A DNA stretch of 60,427 bases, from positions 1 through 60,427 of the IMG/VR virus record IMGVR_UViG_3300007734_000733. One strand, 5' to 3'. The notes under the pieces were generated by a model. The model was not told where the DNA came from and searched no databases. It worked only from the letters and a program-made list of their open reading frames with translations. Source of the DNA: a virus. Its lineage: Duplodnaviria; Caudoviricetes. This document shows, one piece after another, positions 25,416-34,721 of the stretch (position 1 is the first letter of the stretch; each line of letters starts with the position of its first letter). A program made the translations under genes and the position numbers.

Positions 25416-27043
25416 TGCTCACATTACGACCATACCAGCAGCAGGCGGTTAACGCCGTATTCGAGTGGTTTGAGGGTGACGGTCATTCCTCCAACCCGCT
25501 GATCGTGCTGCCCACCGGCACGGGCAAGAGCATTGTATTGTCCGATATATGCCGCCGGTCCATTGCCGAATACGGCGAGATGAAGATCGTCGTCATCACG
25601 CATGTCATGGAACTGATTAAGCAGAATCATGATGAGATGCTAGCCCTATGGCCCCAAGCCCCAATTGGAATCTATAGCGCCGGGATTGGTCGCCGCGAAC
25701 ATCGGGCCGCTATTACTTTTTGTGGGATACAATCGGTCTATTCCAAAGCACACCTGTTCCAGAAGGTAGACTTCGTAATCGTGGACGAGGCGCACCTGAT
25801 CCCGCGCAAGGTCAACACGATGTACCAGAAGTTTCTCAATAGCCTTCGCATAGCCAACCCTCACATCAAGATCATCGGGCTGACGGCCACGCCGTACCGC
25901 ATGGACAGCGGGATGCTGCATACGGGTGATGGCGCTTTATTTGATGATATTTGCTACGACTACAGCGTCCTTGACGCAATTAAGGAAGGCCACCTCTGCA
26001 ACCTGATTACTAAGAACACAAAGCTAGGTCTGGATACTCAAGCGGTCCATGTGCGCGGAGGAGAATTTATTGCCTCAGAGTTACAAGACGCAGTTGATAT
26101 TGACGAGATTAACGAAGCTGCTGTGGAAGAGATTATAGAGTGGTCCGAAGGCCGGAAGTCATGGCTGGTATTCGGGTCTGGCGTGAATCATAGCCAGAAT
26201 CTTTGCAATCGGCTGATAGCAAAGGGTATTAATGCTAGGTGCATCTTTGGGGATACCCCAAAAGACGAAAGAGCCGAGATCATCACAGCATTTAAACGCG
26301 GTGAGATTCGCGCCCTTTGCTCGATGGGTGTTCTAACCACGGGGTTTAATGCCCCCAACGTGGACTTGATTGCCGTATTACGGCCTACTCAGTCCCCTGG
26401 CTTGTATGTACAGATTATCGGGCGCGGGATGAGAAACGCCCCTGACAAAAAAGACTGCATTATTTTGGACTTTGCCAGAAACATTCAGCGCCACGGCCCT
26501 GTTGATACAGTTAGGCTTAAGAAGCTTCCTTATAAAGAAAAGATAGATGAAAAAACTGGACCTCTCGTTAAAACCTGTCCAGCTTGCAAGAGTGTTGTTC
26601 ATCTGTCGGTTATGCAGTGTCTTGATTGCGGATATGAGTTTCCGCAAGAGATTAAGCTTGTATCCAGCGCCGCTGATCTACCTGTGTTGTCAACAGGTGC
26701 TACATCATATTGGGTTAATGTGGATTCGGTGCGATACAGTGTTCACACCAAGGAAGGAAAACCGCCAAGTTTTAAGGCAACTTATATCTGCGGGTTTTTA
26801 AAATATCACGACTGGGTTTGTTTTCAGCACGGAGGTTACGCCAGCACAAAAGCGTCTTCATGGTGGATACGCCGTACAGGAACTTCTGTGCCGTCCACGG
26901 TAGCCGAAGCGATTGCGCGGCAACATGAGTTAAATGTTCCACAGGCCATAGAGGTTATTCGCAAGGGCAACTTTGATGAAGTCGTTAAATACAAGTTTGA
27001 TGTGCTACGTGTGTCACAGGGAGAGTCGAGGCTTTCGGTTTGA
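25415..27043 (+). CDS. SF2 DEAH helicase (RadD/YejH-like) with zinc finger
   Basis: LPTGTGKS, DEAH, GLTATP, VLTTGFNAP, QIIGRGMR, CPAC...CLDCG. Confidence 0.93.
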   Translation: MLTLRPYQQQAVNAVFEWFEGDGHSSNPLIVLPTGTGKSIVLSDICRRSIAEYGEMKIVVITHVMELIKQNHDEMLALWPQAPIGIYSAGIGRREHRAAITFCGIQSVYSKAHLFQKVDFVIVDEAHLIPRKVNTMYQKFLNSLRIANPHIKIIGLTATPYRMDSGMLHTGDGALFDDICYDYSVLDAIKEGHLCNLITKNTKLGLDTQAVHVRGGEFIASELQDAVDIDEINEAAVEEIIEWSEGRKSWLVFGSGVNHSQNLCNRLIAKGINARCIFGDTPKDERAEIITAFKRGEIRALCSMGVLTTGFNAPNVDLIAVLRPTQSPGLYVQIIGRGMRNAPDKKDCIILDFARNIQRHGPVDTVRLKKLPYKEKIDEKTGPLVKTCPACKSVVHLSVMQCLDCGYEFPQEIKLVSSAADLPVLSTGATSYWVNVDSVRYSVHTKEGKPPSFKATYICGFLKYHDWVCFQHGGYASTKASSWWIRRTGTSVPSTVAEAIARQHELNVPQAIEVIRKGNFDEVVKYKFDVLRVSQGESRLSV

Positions 27044-27332
27044 CCCGAAAATCAGGGGATTGTTTGGCCCGGTGCTGCACTTTTGTTCAATGAGATGTAT
27101 GGGGGACCGTATGATTGATCCTACGGCAAACGAAAAGAAGGCAATGGAAATGTCCAGCGAACGGGCTGGGGAATACCTTGGCTGGTTGAAGAAGACCGAC
27201 ATGGCTGAGTTCAGCCAGAAGGAGTGGTCCGATCTTATCGAGGTGATCGTGACCGGCTACTTTGAGGGGATGCAGAATTTGGCTGAGAAGGCGCTGGAGA
27301 TTGAGCCAATACCATATTTCTCAAAACCCTAG
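27000..27332 (+). CDS. DUF6511-like zinc-binding protein
   Basis: C.VC.R..RGF...FCS..C, MIDPT..E..A. Confidence 0.65.
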   Translation: MCYVCHRESRGFRFDPKIRGLFGPVLHFCSMRCMGDRMIDPTANEKKAMEMSSERAGEYLGWLKKTDMAEFSQKEWSDLIEVIVTGYFEGMQNLAEKALEIEPIPYFSKP

Positions 27333-27545
27333 TTTTAAAAAATAGTTGAGCCTAGTTTCATTGACTCAACATTTTGAAAAGCTCGATTTCAGCCATCACT
27401 TAGGCCCGAAACGCCTAATGTCAAATCGCAAAAATTAAAAAGTTGTTCAAGCGGGCGTGAAGCGTTTGACGCACTTGGCCCCGAACCGCCGAAAAGCGCG
27501 GACCCCACTTGCTATGCTTCTCTTGTCGCGCCACTTGGGGTGACA

Positions 27546-27582
27546 CCCGGCGCTTGAACGCCGGGGTCTTTGACATCGTGAA
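27546..27582 (+). promoter_or_regulatory. boxB/boxA-like antitermination site
   Basis: Hairpin CCCGGCG-cttgaa-CGCCGGG immediately followed by GTCTTTGACATCGTGAA. Confidence 0.4.
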
Positions 27583-27597
27583 GAAGGAATAGACATC

Positions 27598-27981
27598 ATG
27601 GCACAAGCCAAGGTGAAGGACTACCTCGCGTACTGTCCAATCGGGGGCGGGTCAAGTTGGTGTCAAGATAGCGACATCCTCAAGGCTATCGCGGGAGTTG
27701 AGAAGCAAGCCCCAAAAGACTGGGGCCACTTGTTCGCGTTCCCCGATGGCCTCAACATCTACATCTACGATGTGACCGGCTGCGACGGTTGGCACGCCAC
27801 CGACGAAGGCGTGTTTCCGACCTACAAGGATCAGCCTAAAGCCTGGACGGTCGTTAACGGTGAGTCGATTGAGGATGAAGAAAAGCCCCTCACGAGAATC
27901 GCGAGGAAGGTCAGCACTTACTATGATAAAGCAACCCACAAGGTGGTAAGGGTTGCAAAGCCGGTCTTGGAATACGCATAA
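27598..27981 (+). CDS. Hypothetical protein in a stand-alone cassette
   Basis: AAGGA RBS, own leader and terminator. Confidence 0.75.
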   Translation: MAQAKVKDYLAYCPIGGGSSWCQDSDILKAIAGVEKQAPKDWGHLFAFPDGLNIYIYDVTGCDGWHATDEGVFPTYKDQPKAWTVVNGESIEDEEKPLTRIARKVSTYYDKATHKVVRVAKPVLEYA

Positions 27982-27987
27982 CCTCTC

Positions 27988-28017
27988 GGGGGTGGGCTTA
28001 GGCTCACCCCCTTTTTT
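27988..28017 (+). terminator. Intrinsic terminator at the convergence of the two arms
   Basis: GGGGGTGGGC-ttag-GCTCACCCCC-TTTTTT. Confidence 0.85.
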
Positions 28018-28023
28018 AGCCAA

Positions 28024-28452
28024 TCATTTAAGACCAAATAACTTTGCACCAAGCGCCCGTTGGTGGACTGCGCCGCCGCGTGCCTTCGCAATGTCGGGGT
28101 TGATTGGTGGTAAAATTAACTTTGATGTTGGTTCTTCTCTTTTAAAATAATCCTGAAGTTTATCAATACCACCAGCATTTTTTATGTTTGTTGGAGAAGC
28201 ATAAAACGTCCAACCTGTTTTATCAGACCCATCCCAACGGCCCGGTGGAGGTGAATCTGGTTCATTGGCATGAACACTATCATATGAATAAGTAATGTGA
28301 TTAGGAAGTTTAAATTGTGAAGTTAAATGTCCACGACTATCTGGAATAGCCCCGGCGTTAAACGCGGCTTTAAGATCGTAGTCTGAGGATTCTTTAATTT
28401 TGTATTTTTGAATCCAAGAACGGAATTTATCATCGTTATTTTCTTCACTCAT
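28024..28452 (-). CDS. Hypothetical protein with C-terminal ARGGAV motif
   Basis: DYDL.AAF.AG..PD.RGH....KLPNH.T.S..S pattern. Last gene of the late arm. Confidence 0.7.
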   Translation of the reverse strand: MSEENNDDKFRSWIQKYKIKESSDYDLKAAFNAGAIPDSRGHLTSQFKLPNHITYSYDSVHANEPDSPPPGRWDGSDKTGWTFYASPTNIKNAGGIDKLQDYFKREEPTSKLILPPINPDIAKARGGAVHQRALGAKLFGLK

Positions 28453-28661
28453 CACCCACACCCCAGCCGCTCAGACCACACGACGGCGTAGTCCATCATC
28501 CACTTAGTTGGGCTCTCTAGGTCAGGCGACGGGATCAGTAGGCACACTCGGTTTGGGTCCGTACTTGGCTTGGAGACGGTTCCACACGCGGCTACGGTCA
28601 GCGTCGGTAATAGGCACAGCAACCTTAGCAATGACGTCCACCGTTTCTTGTGCATTTTCAA
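28452..28661 (-). CDS. o-spanin-like lipoprotein
   Basis: Lipobox LTVAA-C. Overlaps the i-spanin in another frame. Confidence 0.65.
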   Translation of the reverse strand: MKMHKKRWTSLLRLLCLLPTLTVAACGTVSKPSTDPNRVCLLIPSPDLESPTKWMMDYAVVWSERLGCG

Positions 28662-28761
28662 AGGCTTGTTCCGACCGGCCAGCGTTGATTAGCTGGCGGT
28701 CCCTGAAGTACCCGAAGACCGCCCCGAGTGCCCCAAGGACCGCCTTAATCAAACCAATCAT
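28522..28761 (-). CDS. i-spanin-like protein
   Basis: N-terminal TM segment plus helical tail, in the lysis cassette. Confidence 0.6.
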   Translation of the reverse strand: MIGLIKAVLGALGAVFGYFRDRQLINAGRSEQAFENAQETVDVIAKVAVPITDADRSRVWNRLQAKYGPKPSVPTDPVA

Positions 28762-28949
28762 TTAACGATGGCGGTCTTGGTGACCAACCGAAGGGCGATA
28801 TTAACCAGCGCCAGGATGGTCGTCACCACGGTCGCCTGGACTTCAGGCGTCAGGCCGAGGTCGATCTTGAACCCACCGGCTAGAGTGGCGACGGTGGCGA
28901 CTACGTTAATCCACAGGGTCTTGCTGGCATAAAATTTGGTTGTATTCAT
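28758..28949 (-). CDS. Holin-like two-TM protein
   Basis: K.Y.SKT.W.N...NI.LR..T, next to the lysozyme. Confidence 0.7.
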   Translation of the reverse strand: MNTTKFYASKTLWINVVATVATLAGGFKIDLGLTPEVQATVVTTILALVNIALRLVTKTAIVK

Positions 28950-29354
28950 TTAAGCCTCCTTGAGTAGATCAGTTACACGCTTCGCGCGTTGCGGCGTCTG
29001 CTTAGCCCAGTCGCTATCCAGGGCTTCTCTACGGGCTGCATTGTAGTCTCGGGCTTGCAGAGCAGCGAGCATCTTCTGGAACTTCAGCAGCGCACCTATG
29101 CCCATCTGAAAGGTCATATTGGCTATGGCTCGTTGAACGTCTGGGGGCTTGGTTTCTAGCCAGGGTAGGGCCTTGGCAAGCTGGGCCTTGACCCGCTCGA
29201 TGTCGTTATCGAGCATCTCCATAGCCTCGTCCTGGGTAATGCCTACGTCGTCCAGGTTGCGTCCAACGCCAATGGTGGTCTTACCGGCTGGGCACAGGTA
29301 TGGCTTGAGCCGGATGCCCTCCTCGGCAATCAGGTCTTCCCTTAGCCCCCCCAC
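28950..29354 (-). CDS. Endolysin, GH24/T4-lysozyme-like
   Basis: EEG.RLKPY.C.AGK.TIG.GRN, NM.FQMG, DS.WAKQTP.RA.R. Confidence 0.92.
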   Translation of the reverse strand: MGGLREDLIAEEGIRLKPYLCPAGKTTIGVGRNLDDVGITQDEAMEMLDNDIERVKAQLAKALPWLETKPPDVQRAIANMTFQMGIGALLKFQKMLAALQARDYNAARREALDSDWAKQTPQRAKRVTDLLKEA

Positions 29355-29533
29355 GGCACGCCGTTAACCAGTAGCCAGCCCACCATCGCAATCAAAATTC
29401 CCATCAGGCCCCACATGATCTTATCCAGCCGGTTGTGGATGGTCTTGAAGACTTCTTTGATTTCACCATACCGTTCAGCGCAAATCTGCTCATGGAGGCT
29501 GAGGCGCACTTCGGTAACTGTGGGGTCGGTCAT
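29342..29533 (-). CDS. Holin/XhlA-like single-TM protein
   Basis: HE..CAERY coiled coil plus C-terminal TM segment. Confidence 0.65.
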   Translation of the reverse strand: MTDPTVTEVRLSLHEQICAERYGEIKEVFKTIHNRLDKIMWGLMGILIAMVGWLLVNGVPWGG

Positions 29534-32500
29534 CGGGCAAGGCTCCGCATGGCGCGTTTAGCGCGAATGGATGAAATGGTTGGATGCGTGTAAACGGGGC
29601 CACCGGAGGCGTAGGTGTTAGCAGAAACTTTTCTCGGCATTAATTTAGCAACGTAATTCTGAGTTTCTGGTGTCATAAAACTAATCCAGGGTTTTCCCGA
29701 AGATTCTGATTTTTTAATCGCAGTTTTAAGTCTACCAATGCCACCGTTGTACGCAGCGGCAGCAAGAATTGGGTCGCCAAATTCTTTAAGAAGCATTTCG
29801 TAATAAGCACCACCTAGTGCTTTGTTGTATTCTTCATCTCCATAAAGACGATCACGATCATATTCCAAACCAGCAAGTGCAGCAGCTTCTGGCGCGGTAT
29901 CTTCCATAATTTGAGCAGCACCAACAGCCCCAACTGGGGATATGACGGTCTTGCCATTTTTATCAAATTGCCCAGTAGCACTTTCAATCCCTAACATTTT
30001 TTGAAATGTGGGATTTAAGTTCGCGGTGTCTAGTGGCTGCGCTTCAATGCCGCCTGTGTTTACGGGCGCAGACGGGGAGGTGTTAATATTTATGCGAGAG
30101 ATTGGCTTGTCTTCAGGAATTTGAACAGAACCTGGAATAGAAGCATCAGGAATTTGAACAGAACCTGGGATAGAAGCATCAAGCCATTTTTGTATTTTTG
30201 GAAAATTTGCTGGCGTTACTTCAGTCTTAAGCAATTTTGCCGTCGCACCATTGGGATCAAGAAGTGCATCTTCAATTAATTTTCTTTTAGCTTCGTTGGG
30301 GATACCCTGAAACATATCTATAGCGCCTATAGCCATCCTTGCTGGGTAGTATCCAATCTTTGTTTTTAAAAGGGTCATAAGCAAAGCGCCCACAAGAGGT
30401 TTTGCTGCGCCTTCTTCAACAACGGCTCCTTTTACGTTTTTCGCGGCGGATATTGTTTTTGAACCTGCGGAAAACATATCAAGAAGCTCTTGTTCTTCTT
30501 TACTTATAAATAAATTGTTTAATTTTTCACGGTTTTTATCTATAAAATCATGCGCTGTAAGGTGGTCGGCACCTCTCGCTTTAGGATCGGTTATCATGTC
30601 TGTAATTATGCGTTTTGCGCCACTTACAGAATCATCAGATTTTCCAACAGCATCCATAAATGTATTCATAGCATTAGGGTCGCGGTCCCTCAGAACCTCG
30701 TTCATCTTTGCGTAAATCTGTTTTGGATCAGTCGGGTTGGAAGGAAGAAACCTGTTCTTCTCTGGCATGTTGACAAGATTTGGCTCAGCAACATTACGTG
30801 GCAATATTGCATCTTGAGCGGCTTTTATTTCTTTAGCCCTAGCTTTTGCGCTAGTTTCTGAAACTACTTTAAAAAATGATTTATTGGCTCTACCAAGGTT
30901 TCCAAAGTCAGCCCTTAGCTCTGGAAATTTTTCAAAAATGTAGCTATTTGAATTTATCCATTTTGGAATAGTAGACTTTGCGCCCAATCCCTCTCCCATT
31001 TTTTCGGAAAGGTCATGTCCTAACCACTGACGCAAGTTTTCTACAACAACTCCACGGTCCGCAGACTTTGAATTAGCAAATTGGTCAAGCTTATCTATGC
31101 TTTCTTTGCTTCCTGTAAACTGCGGGATTGATTTAGACGGAAGAGCGGCGGCTGTTCCAGTTGTAAACGCCGCTCGTACCGTGGGAACTTCTTGTGGCAA
31201 CCATTTTTTGTAAAAGTTTTTAGTCCCCTCGATATTTGACATCCATTGTTTATATTCAGGCGTAGTTATACGCCCTTTTGAAGCATTCAATACTTGAATT
31301 CTTAATTTTTTGGCTACTCTGGCTACATTGGCTTCCGTCGTATCTCTGCCTAATGCAGCAAGATCACTTCCTATTTGTTGAATTTGTTCTAGCGTGACGG
31401 GTTTTAATCTTCCTTTAGAGTCAACAAACGTACCAACTTTTGTTATGTCATTTATAATTGATGGATTAAGTATAGAAATTTCCGTATCGCTAAGGCCGTT
31501 AAAAGCGTTTTGTGAAAATGTTCCTCTTTTGCCTATTTTGCCATCCCTAAACAAAACTTTTTCAGGAGCCGACGCTTTCCACGCCCCTGCCTGATCTGCG
31601 TATTCTATATTCTTAACTCTCTCCAACTCAGCTTTAAGACCTGTAGAAGCAACTGTTTTATTTATGCTATTTGATGCCGCTGCTCCTGTTGCCGCTTTAC
31701 CAGTTTCCAGTTTGAAGGCTGCTTTAGCTTCTTCTTCAGCCTTATCTTTCGCGGCATCTATTTGAGCTTTGATTTGAGCTTTTTTTACAAGAACTTCTTC
31801 ACTTGAAGCAGCCAAATCCTTTTGGGACGCAGCTTTTGCAGATTCATTAGCTCTTTTTGTAGCTTCAATATTTGCCTCAAATGCATTTACACCTCTAACG
31901 GTAGGAGCAGATATTTCACCCGAAGGTCTTGGTGCATTTGCTAAAGCAGCTTCTTGTTCAGCAATTCTGGCCGCGTAGCTTTCGGGCGCGATGTTTTGCA
32001 AAACACCCTTAGCTTCATCTCCTTTAGGAAGAGTTGGCATCCCTGGGATAAGGGACTTTTCAGCTTCTACACCTTGTGGAAATAATCTTTGAAATTGTTC
32101 TTTTGCTCTGGTTGTCTGATCTTTTATAAAAGGAGCAATTATCCGTTGGCCTAATCTTGTTCCGCCAATGAGCAATTCTCCAGCACCGTGCAGACCCGCC
32201 CCAAAGACTGCTCCGGCAGGAATTGCCTTAACAGCTTCCTCAAGCTGTTGCCCTTTTTCAGCCTCTCCCGATGCTGTTAAAGCAGAATATCCCGCGCCCA
32301 ACCCTGCGGCTTTAGCCATGCGTCCACCGAATTCCGCCGCTCTTCCAGCAAGAGGAACGGCTTCAATCGCGCTTGTAACGGGAACGCCAGCTTCAATAGC
32401 CGCAGCACGAGCCGCATTTGCGGCCCTAGCAGACCGAGCGGCTTGCACTACTTTAGGAACGTATTTTAATTTATTGGCTGCTGCGGCAAGAGCCGTAACT

Positions 32501-32898
32501 GCGGCTATTTCAGGCGCGGCACCAGCCACTGCCGTGCCTATTGTCGTAGCAATAAGGGGAGAAGCTACGCCCCCTACAACCTCTCCTATAGTATTTAAAT
32601 AGTAAGGATTTTCTTGAGATGCTTGTTCTTGTTTTTTATTTAACCTTTTTCCCGGTGTATCACCGGTGACAAGATCAGAAAGATTTCTCTTTTGAATTAA
32701 ATCTGCAATATCATCTTCGCGCCCAAAAGTTCCGCCGTGCATAACGCCACGGCCAAAAGCTTCTAAACCACTCATGGATTCTTGTTTCGGTGTTGAAGCG
32801 CCGTAATGTTTAGACAAAGCACCCTTTATTATTTCCTGGCTTGTTTCATCAGGAAAATTAAAAGTTGAGCCGTCCGGACCTGTTACTGAAATTGTCAT
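29530..32898 (-). CDS. Large internal virion (ejection) protein with C-terminal lytic transglycosylase
   Basis: IES...SP.GA.G.AQIM..TA, AAAYNGG.G, ETQNYV. Hydrophobic Ala/Gly N-terminal region. Confidence 0.85.
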   Translation of the reverse strand: MTISVTGPDGSTFNFPDETSQEIIKGALSKHYGASTPKQESMSGLEAFGRGVMHGGTFGREDDIADLIQKRNLSDLVTGDTPGKRLNKKQEQASQENPYYLNTIGEVVGGVASPLIATTIGTAVAGAAPEIAAVTALAAAANKLKYVPKVVQAARSARAANAARAAAIEAGVPVTSAIEAVPLAGRAAEFGGRMAKAAGLGAGYSALTASGEAEKGQQLEEAVKAIPAGAVFGAGLHGAGELLIGGTRLGQRIIAPFIKDQTTRAKEQFQRLFPQGVEAEKSLIPGMPTLPKGDEAKGVLQNIAPESYAARIAEQEAALANAPRPSGEISAPTVRGVNAFEANIEATKRANESAKAASQKDLAASSEEVLVKKAQIKAQIDAAKDKAEEEAKAAFKLETGKAATGAAASNSINKTVASTGLKAELERVKNIEYADQAGAWKASAPEKVLFRDGKIGKRGTFSQNAFNGLSDTEISILNPSIINDITKVGTFVDSKGRLKPVTLEQIQQIGSDLAALGRDTTEANVARVAKKLRIQVLNASKGRITTPEYKQWMSNIEGTKNFYKKWLPQEVPTVRAAFTTGTAAALPSKSIPQFTGSKESIDKLDQFANSKSADRGVVVENLRQWLGHDLSEKMGEGLGAKSTIPKWINSNSYIFEKFPELRADFGNLGRANKSFFKVVSETSAKARAKEIKAAQDAILPRNVAEPNLVNMPEKNRFLPSNPTDPKQIYAKMNEVLRDRDPNAMNTFMDAVGKSDDSVSGAKRIITDMITDPKARGADHLTAHDFIDKNREKLNNLFISKEEQELLDMFSAGSKTISAAKNVKGAVVEEGAAKPLVGALLMTLLKTKIGYYPARMAIGAIDMFQGIPNEAKRKLIEDALLDPNGATAKLLKTEVTPANFPKIQKWLDASIPGSVQIPDASIPGSVQIPEDKPISRININTSPSAPVNTGGIEAQPLDTANLNPTFQKMLGIESATGQFDKNGKTVISPVGAVGAAQIMEDTAPEAAALAGLEYDRDRLYGDEEYNKALGGAYYEMLLKEFGDPILAAAAYNGGIGRLKTAIKKSESSGKPWISFMTPETQNYVAKLMPRKVSANTYASGGPVYTHPTISSIRAKRAMRSLAR

Positions 32899-34721
32899 TG
32901 GAGAATCATCTCCCCAGTTTTTAAATCGTATTTATAATTTCCTGGTTTGGGTGCTGTGCCAGAATTCCCTGACGGGTTCTTGTCATACTCAACGCCGGGG
33001 ACAGAAACTTGGCTAAGATAATTTTTCATAAATGACGGATATGAAGTTCCTTGCTTTACGTCAATCCCGCTTATATTTAAGTCTCGTTTGGTAACGCCCA
33101 TATCTCTATTTTTGCTAAGAAATTCTGCATTTGCATAAGACAATTCAGATTCATATTTTTTTAACTTGGCGTGTCCACGCAACCATTGTGCAATAATTTT
33201 TGGATCGGCTGTATCAGGTAAGAAACCTGCTGATGCAAAAACAACATCTTTGTCTGATGCTGCTCCCTTTGGAAGAAAAGAAATAATTCCTGTATTTTTA
33301 AAATGAGTGTATTCGTTTCTTAATTGAGAAACGTAATCTTCATTACCAGTAAATTGTTTCCAAACTTTCCCCATGCCGCCAAAAAAACCAGAAGATGGAG
33401 TTTCTGTTTCAAACCTATTAGCCAAATTTTCGGCGCTTATAGCTTCAGCATTAGAGTTCATGCCAGTTTGTGTATAGGTTTGTACCGCACCTTCCATTTT
33501 AGAAGACATTTTAGGGTTATCTAATTTTTCTTTTGCCGCAGCAGCCGCTGCCTCTTTTGCCGCCTGAGCAGAATCCGCATTTTGTTGGGCTATTAAAGCT
33601 AATGGTGCGCCCAAGGTAATCCGAGTTTGATTTGCTTCATCTGCTCTTTCACCAGCCGCATCTCTGTTAAACTTACCCTCTTCTTTACGAAAATTTATAT
33701 CGTCAACTTTTTCTTCTTTCCTCTGCGCCAAAGCAGCAGCCGCCGCTTCCGAAGCCTCTTGGCGTCCGGCCAGCGTCCCGTACAGCGTCATCTTCTTCAT
33801 TCTGTCCTGGGCGCGGGCGGCTCTGGCTTCTTCCAGACCTTTAACGCCCATCAATCCGCCTTGGCCGATTGATCCAAGGAACTTCGCCCCCGGCTGTGAA
33901 GCAGCCGCCATCGTTGCCAACCCAGCCTGGAGAAGCGCCATGTACTTATCTTTTTTCGAGGCTTCTCCGTCGTCGCCCTCTTCGGCCATCTTTTCAAGAA
34001 GAGCGTAATAGTCCTTGCCACCAGTACGCGCTGGTTTTTTCTGTCCAGCCGTTGGGTCGGGTTTAGTCTGATCAATATTTACCTCCGGCACGAAAGGTAA
34101 TTGCACATCAAAGTTCTGCATAGGCGCTGGCGGTGGCCGCATAGCCTCTGGCGCTGATTGAGCAACCTCTTGAAGTGGGGAGACATCGCTCGGAGGCGCG
34201 GCCTGACCACGCATGGCGTCTAAGGCTCTCTTAGCCCTTAATCTTCTGACCGAATCGTATGATGTAGTAGCAATCCTAAACAATTCAGTCGGGTTTGGCG
34301 GGAGGTCAGCTTGATAACTACTCGGATCATTTCCATCCGTGCCGTTAAGGTAATGTCTCACCGCCCCGCCATGAGCCATCGCCGCTACACGGCTGGCATC
34401 AGCCGCGCCCGACATCAGGGCTGCGGTTGACGATTCCTGCGGCGCTTCCGGCGCGGCCTGACGTTGCGGGATTTCGGGCTGCTCTTCTGGTCCCTGGCCC
34501 ATCATTTCCTGGCGCACAGCGGCCATAAACGCCGGGCTCATTTGGCTAACGCCCGTGCTGTCGCCGGTCATCTGCGGCGGCTGTGGGGCGTTAGCCCCGC
34601 CCCTCATAGTGTTCAATGCCGACATCGCAGCCATGCGCTGCTGCGGCGTAGCGCGGGGGTCGGTCATCATCGCCATCAGCATGTCGGGCGACTGCTGCTG
34701 TTGCATCGGATTGAACGCCAT
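32895..34721 (-). CDS. Internal virion/ejection protein
   Basis: Position, Gln/Ala-rich helical composition, AHGGAV motif, GA.SDKD. Confidence 0.65.
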   Translation of the reverse strand: MAFNPMQQQQSPDMLMAMMTDPRATPQQRMAAMSALNTMRGGANAPQPPQMTGDSTGVSQMSPAFMAAVRQEMMGQGPEEQPEIPQRQAAPEAPQESSTAALMSGAADASRVAAMAHGGAVRHYLNGTDGNDPSSYQADLPPNPTELFRIATTSYDSVRRLRAKRALDAMRGQAAPPSDVSPLQEVAQSAPEAMRPPPAPMQNFDVQLPFVPEVNIDQTKPDPTAGQKKPARTGGKDYYALLEKMAEEGDDGEASKKDKYMALLQAGLATMAAASQPGAKFLGSIGQGGLMGVKGLEEARAARAQDRMKKMTLYGTLAGRQEASEAAAAALAQRKEEKVDDINFRKEEGKFNRDAAGERADEANQTRITLGAPLALIAQQNADSAQAAKEAAAAAAKEKLDNPKMSSKMEGAVQTYTQTGMNSNAEAISAENLANRFETETPSSGFFGGMGKVWKQFTGNEDYVSQLRNEYTHFKNTGIISFLPKGAASDKDVVFASAGFLPDTADPKIIAQWLRGHAKLKKYESELSYANAEFLSKNRDMGVTKRDLNISGIDVKQGTSYPSFMKNYLSQVSVPGVEYDKNPSGNSGTAPKPGNYKYDLKTGEMILQ

